This document shows positions 21,201 through 29,200 of a DNA stretch of 64,000 nt, one piece after another (position 1 is the stretch's first letter; each line of letters starts with the position of its first letter). A program made the position numbers and the translations under genes. Source of the DNA: Laetmonice hystrix (taxonomy: Eukaryota); assembly GCA_965235115.1 (NCBI GenBank), contig OZ249441.1, positions 27,280,001-27,344,000 of the forward strand. Direction: 5' to 3'. Under the pieces are notes generated by a model. That model made no database searches and was not told the DNA's origin. It was given only the letters and a program-made list of their open reading frames with translations.

Positions 21201-23625
21201 TTAGTTTGTGTGCAGCATTTGAAACCTATCTCGGTGCGCACCGAGATAGAGCCATTTCCTATGGTGGGGCGTGTCAGGGTCTCCACAGGCCTTCTGAGAG
21301 AGCCCCATTTGTGCCGTTATCCATGAAAAATTTTGATTTCCTTTGTTGTGAATCTATTTCCATGATAGGTGGGATCACATAAACGTCAACAAAATTAAAA
21401 ATTAAAAAATTGAACTTTTCTTCACGAATAGCACCTTTAAATAATAGTCAACGAAGTTTTGACTTCGACCTTGAGTACAAAAGTTGCTTATTCTATGAGA
21501 AAAAAATTTAGGAAAAAAACATGTACTTACTCTAGGTGTATGTGTAAAGGTTTGTTGCTTGCGATGCCAGAACCCTTGCCCACCAGGATTGCCTTTGCTC
21601 CAGTTATACGTCGTAGATACTCAAGATTTTCTCCCTTCAAATAACAGCATCAGAATATGACATCAATACTTGAGTACTGGAAAAATTATTTGTAATTTTT
21701 TAAATGATAATGTATCACCAGCACTGTAGAGAATGCAACATCAACTTACACTATGGGGGGGGGCATGTCTTTCTTCTGACAAATGGTTACTCGAGGCACA
21801 TTAATTTTCTAAAGCTTCAGGGCTGTCACTAATACGTATACAATAAATTTAATGCATCAAAGACTACTCACAGTTTCACCCAAGACCTTGGAACGAACAT
21901 CAAACTCTGGTGGTGCATCATCCACTCCTATGTAAACGCCCGTTTCATAGTTTTCCATCTAGGAAAAAAAGACAGATTCTGAGGTCAGGATGAATTTTTT
22001 TATAATTTCTGACACTGCATACCTTGGCTTGAAGATCTCGTGCAGCATTTTAGCCATCACAAGGTTAGTCACCATGGTCCATGTTACTCATCATGAACTA
22101 GAAGTCTGGCTGCCACCATTAGCTTTTTCAACACACTGAACATGAAGACAGAAGGGACTGTTCTTTAAAAGCATTCAACACCATAAGTACCAACAGGCGA
22201 GTTCAAGCCAGGCAGGGGTCGATTTCGACGGGAGTCCGTGAGTCCAAGACTCCCAAAAATTGGGACGGACTCCTGGCAGCCACCTGACCAGGAGTCCGGC
22301 TGTCTCCTAGATATTTACACACAGATTGATGCAGGTTTTAACCCAGGACCAGGTGATGATTGCCCAGTCACGGTGAACTGAATATCTGCTACTCAGCAGG
22401 GGTCACAAGACGTTTCACTCAGCCCCCCTCCCCCATCATGGCTTGATTACTTGATTGTTTATGCCAAACTATTATGGCATAACACCGTCTGTAATTGCTT
22501 TTTTTACATCCAGTCACGTTGTATTCCCTATAGGATAGCGGACTCCCACTTTTTTGGGCGGACTCCTAGAGTTTGCAACATGGGAGTCCTGCTGACTCCT
22601 AAAAAATCACACACGAAATTGGCCCCTGCCAGTGGACCATAAAATGAATAACATTACACTGGTACCATCACAAGAAATTAACCTCAAGATTGGTGTACCG
22701 GTAAATATAGTCAACTTTGGTCAGTCTGGGCCATCTCAGTTAGCAGCAACAGTCAACAGAAATTCTTATATTTGCTTTGGGAAAGTGGAAGAGTTATAGT
22801 GTTACAAAATACTGACAGTTTATTGTAAAAAGTAAATGTGTTTGTGACAATGTTATGTGGTTCATTAAATTATAAAAGAAAATGGTCAATAAAACAAGAG
22901 AGAAACAAATCTTTATAATTCTTTAAAGTTTCAGTGACAATGCCTTACCTCTCGTTGCTCTTCCTGCTGTGGCCGTTGCTGCTGGGCCGGAGAAGTTTGC
23001 ATAGTTTGGCCAGAGTTACTGATACTTGGATATCCCAAACCTTGTTGTTGTTTTGCTGTACTTGGCTGCATCATTTGGCTAGAGTTTCTGTTATTGTAGC
23101 CCAGATTTTGCTGTTGGGTCTGTGTAGGCTGGACCATTTGGCCTGAGTTTATGCTACTTGTATATCCCAGGTTTTGTTGTTGCTGTGGTTGAGCAGACTG
23201 CATTCCCTGGCTTGAATTTCGGTTATTAAGGTAACCTATTCCTAAGCTCATTTGTTGATTCTGTGGTTGCGCCACTTGCATCAATTGGCCTGAGTTACTT
23301 GTGTATCCCAGGCCTGCGGCAGACATCCCAGCACTTGGTTGTGTAGCAAACACACCAGGTATAGTACCACTACCCCCAACCTGTAAAATTCCGTAAAGGA
23401 AAATGATTATGAATGTCACCAGCTCTACAGAACACCAGCATAGAAGAGAGTGGCTGATTAAATTCACTTGGGCAGAACTTTGGGCCTACTCTCAAGTGTA
23501 GAGTCATATAATCTAACCAGTAACTTAACTTAATTTCACACAATAGAATTTCCTTAGAACTTAGATAAAAAATAACTTGCCTGAGTTCCTGAAGCACCAA
23601 CATTATAGCTATAGCCTCGAAACAT
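1..23625 (-). CDS. Large multi-exon unnamed gene, 3'-partial: prion-like Q/N region + KH domain + duplicated [RS-repeat + SGNH-like] module; about 2630 aa within the window if it is one ORF
   Basis: Phase-compatible exon chain on minus strand: 23625-23581 (ATG, MFRGYSYNVGASGTQ), 23380-22949, 21958-21872, 21634-21531, 14674-14614, 14307-14250, 13945-13826, 11089-11051 (tentative), 10036-7385, 6924-6328, 5923-5766 and 5283-5163 (tentative), 4200-1048, 266-<1. All have AG acceptors and GT donors (one GC donor). Whether the downstream module (4200-1) belongs to the same transcript or is a second tandem gene is unresolved. Confidence 0.7.
1048..4200 (-). CDS. Giant RS-repeat / Lys-rich / Gly-Pro-Gln-repeat exon, copy A (3153 nt, phase 1-1)
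   Basis: Inside the 1111-aa ORF; acceptor tatacag|GAGTG at 4200, donor T|gtaagt at 1047; length divisible by 3; RSRSPE and GPGPQGPMPH arrays. Confidence 0.9.
1310..1825 (-). repeat. Coding tandem repeat, 30-bp unit (GPGPQGPMPH), about 17 units
   Basis: Plus-strand unit ggtccttgtggaccaggcccatgtggcatt recurs with 30-nt period; it generates spurious long ORFs in other frames. Confidence 0.95.
3165..3820 (-). repeat. Coding tandem repeat, 36-bp unit (RSRSPEQSRNRL), about 18 units
   Basis: Plus-strand unit gatcttgaccggagtctgttcctggactgctccgga with 36-nt period. Confidence 0.95.
4592..4802 (-). mobile_element. Degenerate tRNA-derived SINE-like element
   Basis: Minus strand reads a degenerate tRNA-like head, then ggtcggtggttttccctggcatactccagtttcttccacc (resembles the central domain of V/Meta-type SINEs) and a ...gttaaatccaaaatcaaa tail. 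Family assignment from memory, not from a search. Confidence 0.5.
5163..5923 (-). CDS. Two putative linker exons (5923-5766, 5283-5163) between SGNH copy B and RS exon copy A
   Basis: Open frames (I)NKNVLGNEEASVILQETRDLLLQELAGLEKSPYLITRQNFTSINLTGVHTLK and LWGYGLGDDISGLACYMVSPRRHKCFTIKVSLTGWLPVNP with donors AAG|gtaact and G|gtaatt; phases 1-0 and 0-1 bridge the flanking exons. Acceptor choice is ambiguous. Confidence 0.45.
6328..6924 (-). CDS. SGNH/GDSL-hydrolase-like exon, copy B (597 nt, phase 1-1), predicted catalytically inactive
   Basis: Acceptor ttaaacag|CC at 6924, donor GAG A|gtaagg at 6327. Translation contains QVWILGDATVY (block I, GDS to GDA), LHVGAEDL (block III, GxND to GAED) and DGCH (block V DxxH). 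Confidence 0.85.
7385..10036 (-). CDS. Giant RS-repeat exon, copy B (2652 nt, phase 1-1)
   Basis: Inside the 920-aa ORF; acceptor tatacag|GAGTG at 10036, donor T|gtaaat at 7384; shares start, KGILK, TVxEEVG and PGWTG motifs with copy A. Confidence 0.9.
8785..8919 (-). repeat. Perfect coding triplication, 45-bp unit (MSSISSDTLSVESKV x3)
   Basis: atgaccttgctctccacacttaatgtatcacttgatatactggac occurs three times in tandem. Confidence 0.95.
9020..9665 (-). repeat. Coding tandem repeat, 36-bp unit (RSRSPDLSWHRP), roughly 15-19 units including degenerate ends
   Basis: Plus-strand unit gaccttgaccgtggtctgtgccaagacaggtctggg with 36-nt period. Confidence 0.95.
10365..10904. mobile_element. Non-autonomous hAT-like MITE with 6-bp TSD
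   Basis: TIR CAGGCCTTCCAGCAG / CTGCTGGAAGGCCTG; TSD tatatt at 10359-10364 and 10905-10910; subterminal aaaagtagga repeats. Confidence 0.85.
11340..11675. mobile_element. Non-autonomous hAT-like MITE with 5-bp TSD
   Basis: TIR CAGGCCTCTGAA / TTCAGAGGCCTG; TSD acctt at 11335-11339 and 11676-11680. Confidence 0.85.
11982..12429. mobile_element. hAT MITE with canonical 8-bp TSD
   Basis: TIR TAGGGCTGAA / TTCAGCCCTA; TSD atgttttc at 11974-11981 and 12430-12437; subterminal gatac/gtatc repeats. A partial relative begins near 19193. Confidence 0.9.
13206..13333. mobile_element. Small PIF/Harbinger-like MITE
   Basis: Degenerate TIR ggaggtgtttcaacaag / cttattattaacactctc flanked by CAG on both sides; related to the element at 14796. 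Confidence 0.55.
14250..21958 (-). CDS. KHDC4/SF1-type (type I) KH domain encoded by four exons (21958-21872, 21634-21531, 14674-14614, 14307-14250)
   Basis: Spliced translation MENYETGVYIGVDDAPPEFDVRSKVLGET|GENLEYLRRITGAKAILVGKGSGIASNKPLHIHLE|HSTLKGLEESEKLACNLVRV|VQEEYQEW; follows the pattern of the second KH of KHDC4/BLOM7 as I recall it (LFVG..FNV..KV.G...YL.HI...TGAKV.L.GKGSG..P..I.I.H....GL..A..L..NL...V..EY). Phases 0,0,2,0,1 are all compatible. Confidence 0.85.
14796..15648. mobile_element. PIF/Harbinger-like non-autonomous element
   Basis: TIR GGGGGTGTTTCAATA / TATTGAAACACCCCC, flanked by CAG (left) and CTG (right); subterminal gtccgac repeats; a second TIR-like copy near 14866. Confidence 0.75.
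16012..19179. mobile_element. Large fold-back DNA element with about 1.1-kb inverted arms
   Basis: Ends AGGGTCATTCCATATGAACTCAACC / GGTTGAGTTCATATGGAATGACCCT; left arm 16012-17117 is the reverse complement of 17281-19179 once the nested insertion is removed; about 160-bp spacer; no transposase ORF; TSD not resolved. Confidence 0.9.
18236..19090. mobile_element. Tc1/mariner-type MITE nested in the right arm of the fold-back
   Basis: TIR TCGGGTGGATAAAAAAAAACGCCC / GGGCGTTTTTTTTTATCCACCCGA with TA duplication; removing it plus one TA restores colinearity with the left arm (cattatatatgtaaagg vs cattatatgtgtagagg). Confidence 0.9.
19480..20696. mobile_element. Non-autonomous hAT-like element with 6-bp TSD
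   Basis: TIR CAGGGATGAAAGT / ACTTTCATCCCTG; TSD cttata at 19474-19479 and 20697-20702; subterminal aaatttcctgaaa motifs. Confidence 0.85.
21097..21436. mobile_element. Kolobok-like MITE
   Basis: TTAA|AGGTGCTATTCGT ... ACGAATAGCACCT|TTAA. Confidence 0.8.
22213..22628. mobile_element. hAT-like MITE with probable 5-bp TSD
   Basis: TIR CAGGGGTCGATTTCG / CGAAATTGGCCCCTG; flanks ccagg and ccagt (4/5 match); subterminal ggactcc/ggagtcc repeats. Confidence 0.7.
22949..23625 (-). CDS. First two coding exons of the KH-RS-SGNH gene (start exon plus Q/N/S/GY-rich repeat exon) joined by a GC-AG intron
   Basis: aaccATG TTT CGA with an in-frame TGA upstream; donor CAG|gcaagt at 23580; acceptor ttttacag|GTT at 23380; donor GAG|gtaagg at 22948; 432-nt exon. 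Confidence 0.75.
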
Positions 23626-23992
23626 GGTTCTGTCTTGGAATCCTCATGCTGAAAAAAACAATGATGTCCCATTTAGTTTGTGCATTCTGTGTGACTCAGC
23701 CTCAGGGGGGACTGCAGTGTGTAAGATTGGGGGTCATTGAGGGTGCGCCCACTGGGTCAAGATTTAAATGCGCCCGGATTTGTTTCAGTTCGCCCGGATT
23801 TGTGTCATTGCGCCCGGAATTGTGTCATGATGCAATACCTATAATACTTATGGTGTCAGGTCAGGCGCAGATCCAGAGGGGGGGGAGGGGGGTGGGAGTG
23901 ATGCCCCCCTGCTCTCGGCCATTTTAACGACAGGTGGTAATTTTCATCAATTTAATTTTGACCAAAAGGTCGGCACCGAAATTAGCTCTTAA

Positions 23993-24586
23993 GGACAAGT
24001 GCTAGTGTGAGGCCAAAAATTTTTTTGAGACAGATTTTTTTTTAATTTTGCAGATATTTGCAGTATGTTATCCTCTTTCAAAATTCAGCAAAAAAATCAT
24101 GCCTCACCGGCTTAGTTTTTTTGTTAAGAGCGTTTGAAGTTGGTATTTTCTACATATTAATGAATACAGTTTGCAATTTTTTTTTTTTTTTTTTTTTTAC
24201 CACTTTTTTTTGTCAGAACGGTGTTATGACAAATAGAAGTGGTTAAAAAAAAAAAAAAAAAAAAGAGAAATTTTTTTTTTGACTTTGAACCTTTTTTACT
24301 GGTGTAAATGAGCAAAAGTGAAAATGTTCAAAATCAAACTTTTTTTTTTTTTTTTTACCACTTCTATAACTTGAAGAGCGTTATGACAAATAAAAATGGT
24401 AAAAAAAAAAAAAAAAATTCTAAGCACTAATTATTAATTAACATGACGAACATATCAATTTCAAACGCTCTTAACAAAAAAACTAACCCGGTGAGGTTTC
24501 ATTTTTTTGGTGAATTTTGAAAGAGGACAACATACTCTGTTTATCTGCAAAATTTAAAAAAAATCTGTCAAAAAAAATTTTTGTCC
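23993..24586. mobile_element. Kolobok-like fold-back MITE with poly(T)/poly(A) tracts
   Basis: TTAA|GGACAA ... TTGTCC|TTAA; arms reverse-complementary over about 150-250 bp (gttaagagcgtttgaa / ttcaaacgctcttaac, cctcaccgg / ccggtgagg). Confidence 0.75.
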
Positions 24587-25841
24587 TTAAGTTTGATGCT
24601 GAGAAGCCGGGAAATATAGTGTTTATAGCCTTCTATATTACAAAACATTTTCAGTTGGAGGGCCCACTCCCTTGGCGTGGGCACCTTCTGTGTGTGCAAG
24701 GGCAGGCCGGTTGCCAGTGACGCCAAGAGCCAGACGCCGGGTAGGGTCCCCTAGAGCGGTTCCCTGCAGCACACACACCAGTACCCCCACCCCCACAATC
24801 ACCCCACTACCACTGTGGCCGCAGACTCTGTGACTGAGTGGCATCCTGGTGGACATCAGTGCAGAGGGTCAGTGGTGTGATACGGTCGAGTGCACGGCCA
24901 GTCAGGTCCAAGCCGTGTTTGTTGTGACAGGCTGAGCGCTGCTGCCCTGGCTGCCCTGGCCCCGGTTTTTAGTTCATCAATTTACCAATCTTAAAAGAAC
25001 AATCTTCTCCTACATATTGAGTGATCAGATGTTAACTTGATAGTATTAGAGTCCACCTAGTCTATACCATATTAATATTTTTATACTGCACTGGTAATTA
25101 ATGATTATCAATCAAAAACGGGGCTTAGTGGTGAGAAATTTCTAGCTACGCCCTACATACTTGTACTTCCATAGCTTATATTATCTCGGAAAGCGGCTAG
25201 GCCCTATTTTTGGCCTGTTTTTCCCCCTATGCCTATACATGTATTTGGCTATATACTGTGGATCATGGTGGATGTAGCTGGGGGAGGGGGCGGGGGTTTC
25301 AGGGTTCTGACGAACCCCTCCCACTTTTGTGGGGCAAGTTAATCCCTAGCTATAGAACTAGATATTATTGCTACAGAGACTTATTTTTAAACAGGTCCCT
25401 ATTTAACCTATCAGGTCGCCACATGAGCAAGCCGCCTACTTGTCAACATGATCTTGTTTAACGAGCGCCAAGGCATATTCAGGGCTGAGTGTACCTTCGT
25501 GACGTAGTCAAAGATGTAGCCAAGTCATTGCTATTATTGCTGCAAGAGGGCACGCTGTGCGTCAATGGCGGCGACTATGAATCTGCATTAAAGTTTGACA
25601 ATATGGCAGTGACAGTCGAGGCACGAAGAGGGTCATGGGAAGGAGTGTGGGCTGGGGCCTGGCCTGGGTTGGGTAGTCGTGGAGGTGGAAGCAATTTGGA
25701 CATTTTGGTGGACGGCATTACAATTTACAAAAACAACAGCGTTCATTTATTCAATTATTGATCCCTGCTGATTCTAATATAATCCAACCTCAATTCTAAT
25801 TACGTTAACTATGCTGACTCCGAGAAATATTCAGTACATAC

Positions 25842-26262
25842 CGTAAAAACAAACTATTTCCTTCCAGCACTCGGTTCAACTTCAATGAGTCAAATATGGC
25901 GTCTGTATAATTCAGGTATCACTACACAAACTAGATCTAGTGGTCCAGATCTTTAGTGGATCTATCACGTCTTTTCCACAGTCTACATATTTCTGGAATG
26001 ATAGAATGTCCATAATATTTTCCAACGAGATACAACACACATTATCATGTACTATTACTCTTCTATCACTATTACTATAAATACTAGACTATAGTAGTAG
26101 AGACAAGATAGCGAGGCCATAAATCCTATTTTTAGATGCTTCGCTCGGCGGACGACGGATCATCTTTGTGGAGCATTGATGTGTCTGGGTGTGAGGTAGA
26201 AAAGGGTGTCTTACTAGACTTTGTCTTAGCGTGATACTGACTCTGCTGTAGGAATAATCAAC
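25842..26262. promoter_or_regulatory. Putative bidirectional promoter between the KH-RS-SGNH gene (-) and SMPD2 (+)
   Basis: Minus-strand 5'UTR exon with donor ACG|gtatgt at 25841 and a YY1-like gacgccatattt motif (25892-25903); SMPD2 ATG is about 420 bp away on the plus strand. TSSs are inferred. Confidence 0.5.
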
Positions 26263-29200
26263 ATGCCTCTAAGGTTGAAAGTGTTGACCTTAAATTGCTG
26301 GTAAGTTGTGACGGCCAGTACCCTCGTAGTCGTACTCGTAGTCGTAGTAGCCGGGGACCGGGGCCCTTCTGCTGGTTCTCCCGGTGTCGCGGTCTGTTTT
26401 CTCCGCCGGTCTGCAATCTCAGGGTCCGGGGGCATATGGTTTCCTATTGTTTAGAGGCCGAACCTGACTAAGTAAGTGAGCACGCGTGTGTCGCCGTTTG
26501 GGCTCACACCTCCGGTCGCCTGCTAGCTGATGGGCGGTAGAGTTTTCTACCAAACAGTTTAAACGACAGCTGGACTGTGCTGGATAACTGAGCTGAGGAG
26601 AAAAGGGCTAGTAGTAGTACTACTACTAGTAGTAGCCTAATGTAGCCTAGTAGTATAATCCAGACTATATTTCCTTGAGATTTCAGACCGCGCAGAAAAC
26701 AGGCACGGGCCTTTGCCGTGGTCGGTTGTGAAATGATTTTTTCCTTGGCCTACAACGCTATGTTCGAGAGGATAATTTATGACAAGTTTTATAATATAAC
26801 TATCCCTATTCCTAGACTATTCCCACCCCTAACCACTGAATCTGAAAAAATGGAGGGAAAAACAAACAAAAACACAGGGCAGCTCGACATTTATAATATG
26901 CGGTAGCAGCTTAGCAACTGGTGAATACAACTTTCTCAGGGGTGGATCTAGGGCATGAAAAAGGTGAATCGAGGGGGGGGGGGGGGGGGTCCATTGTAAA
27001 AAAAAGGTACTTTTGGTTGTAAAAATAAGGCATTTTGCTTATAAAAAAGGAAATTTGAGGGGGCCCCCAGGTCCAGACGTTGTCCCCCGGATCTTACCAC
27101 TACGTACGCAACTATGCTTGTTGCATTTAATGGCGAGCACGACTGAGTTGTGCTGTGGCCTTTTATGGCACTTTTTATGAACAAATTACCAAATTGAACG
27201 TGGTAGAACAGCCATGAGCATGTATAAGGCTGAAAGTAAAGTCAGTGTATGAAAAGAAATTTTTAACTTTTCATGCAGTCCTAGAAGTAGAAAGGAGTGG
27301 TATATTTTGGCCACTATCCATGACAGGAAAGGAACACTAACCCTACCTGGGCCAAAGCCTGTTCATCATGATAATACTGATTAATTTAACATCTTGTCAC
27401 ATTGGCCTGATTCTGATAAGTATATGACTGGCATGCAATGTATAAAATTATGGTTGGGGACTATACCGTAATACCCAAGGATCCTAGAATTTGGTCAAGT
27501 GGACTTGAGTTATGTTGAACTAATGTCTAATTTCAGCCATGGTTATGATGACTGATAGCGAAGAAATCTTGTTACAGTATTTTAATTGCTTTATACGTGG
27601 CATATAAACATAGACATTTAAAACGCTGATGACAGAGGGGATTCAGAGTTTCTTTCATAACTTTATGAAGGACAAAGATATCTGACACTGTCCTTGTGGT
27701 CTCTGAGGACTTTATCACTGAAAAGGTACTGAAGTCTACCTATAGGCCTATTTGATTTGGCTGATAAGGTTAGTTCTGATTCAAAAGGTCAAGTGATTTT
27801 CAGACATTCTTACATGTTTCATTAAGTGGGGTGAACTGTTTTAATTTAAGACAAGTTTTCACATAAAGCAGGGGTGAAGGAAAAAACGCCTTAGAAACTT
27901 TTGTGGTGCAACTTGGGGCAGGTTTCCCCTCCTCAGCAAAAAATGTGACAATTTCATGTTGGAAATGGTGCAATCTGATGCATTTTGGAGGTCTTATTTA
28001 TACTGGAATGATTTCCATTTTGACCAATTTGGACAAGTTTTACCCCCCCCCCCCCCATATGAATTATGAGATCTCAACAGATTTGCACCAATCACAGAGG
28101 GGTAACTTTTTGATCAATACAAAAAAGCTGGAAATCCGGCAAAAAACGGAAAAATCACAGGCCTGATAAAGGGTGTATTGCCATTCGCTTCATTAAACTT
28201 ATTTATTTTACTTTTCTTTAGGGGAGTGCCCATTCCTCTACTGATCCCCCACCGTTCTGAGAGGTTATCAGCACTAAGGGATGTCATATTCCCCAGTGAC
28301 TATGACCTGGTGCTACTCCAAGAGGTCAAGGATACAAGCACAATTTGTTATCTAGACTTAGACTAAGTTAGTCTACATGCCTTCAGTTAAGAGTCCTTTC
28401 AAATGCTTATAGGCATTAGTCGTCCGTGTACATGCTTTTACCATGATTTCTTTTCCAAAATTATCCCAGCACTCAGCAGCCATACATTGTGAAAGGTCAT
28501 AGGGTGATGGCACAAACTTGACAAAGCAATTCAGAATGTCTATAGGCATAAACACCTAGAATGTAAAAAAATGCTCAAAAGATGCACTTGGGGGGGGGGG
28601 GGGGTTCTCTGAGAGAAGATTGGGCTAAAATATGGATGTTGGATGAAAAAGTTAGCCCTGTGCCAGTGCCCCTCTTAGCTCCCCGACACACCTGGCCAAA
28701 CCAAACCCTATAATAATCTGGAATGTGCTGTTCACTGCCTTGGCACCAACTCCTAATAACTGCACCTCTATCCAAGATCCTCTTTCCTTACAGGGGAGTT
28801 TTTACCCCCGGGGCATGTTCTGATCGTCCAGAAAGAATGGCAGCCATTGGTAAGGCTCTTATAGGGTCTGATTATGATATTATACTCCTTCAGGAGGTAA
28901 GTACTGCCCCATGTCACTGTATGTCCTATTCGTAATACCCCCATATATACACAGGTGTCGGTACCATCCTGACTGCCACTTACCAGAGGTAATCATAACC
29001 TTATCCTCATTTTCTGTTGCTTAGGTTAAGGAGCTCTGCTGCTACTTTAAAAATATAAATCTGAAGTTATATGTCATTCTACTAAAGCCTGGTAAAGGCA
29101 AAATTTGTCAATTTATCCATGCTTAATCTCAATAGTTGGGTCATGCCTTTTTTTAGTGTACATAATTAGAGAATAACTTGATTACCTGTACATTTTTGGC

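Noticed and set aside
24640-24965. GC-rich segment as a coding exon or structured RNA
   Set aside because: No frame fits the neighbouring exons and no recognisable motif; most likely a repeat fragment.
26226-26435. Minus-strand 69-aa ORF (MPPDPEIADRRR...)
   Set aside because: Antisense to SMPD2 exon 1 and its GC-rich first intron; no homology recognised.
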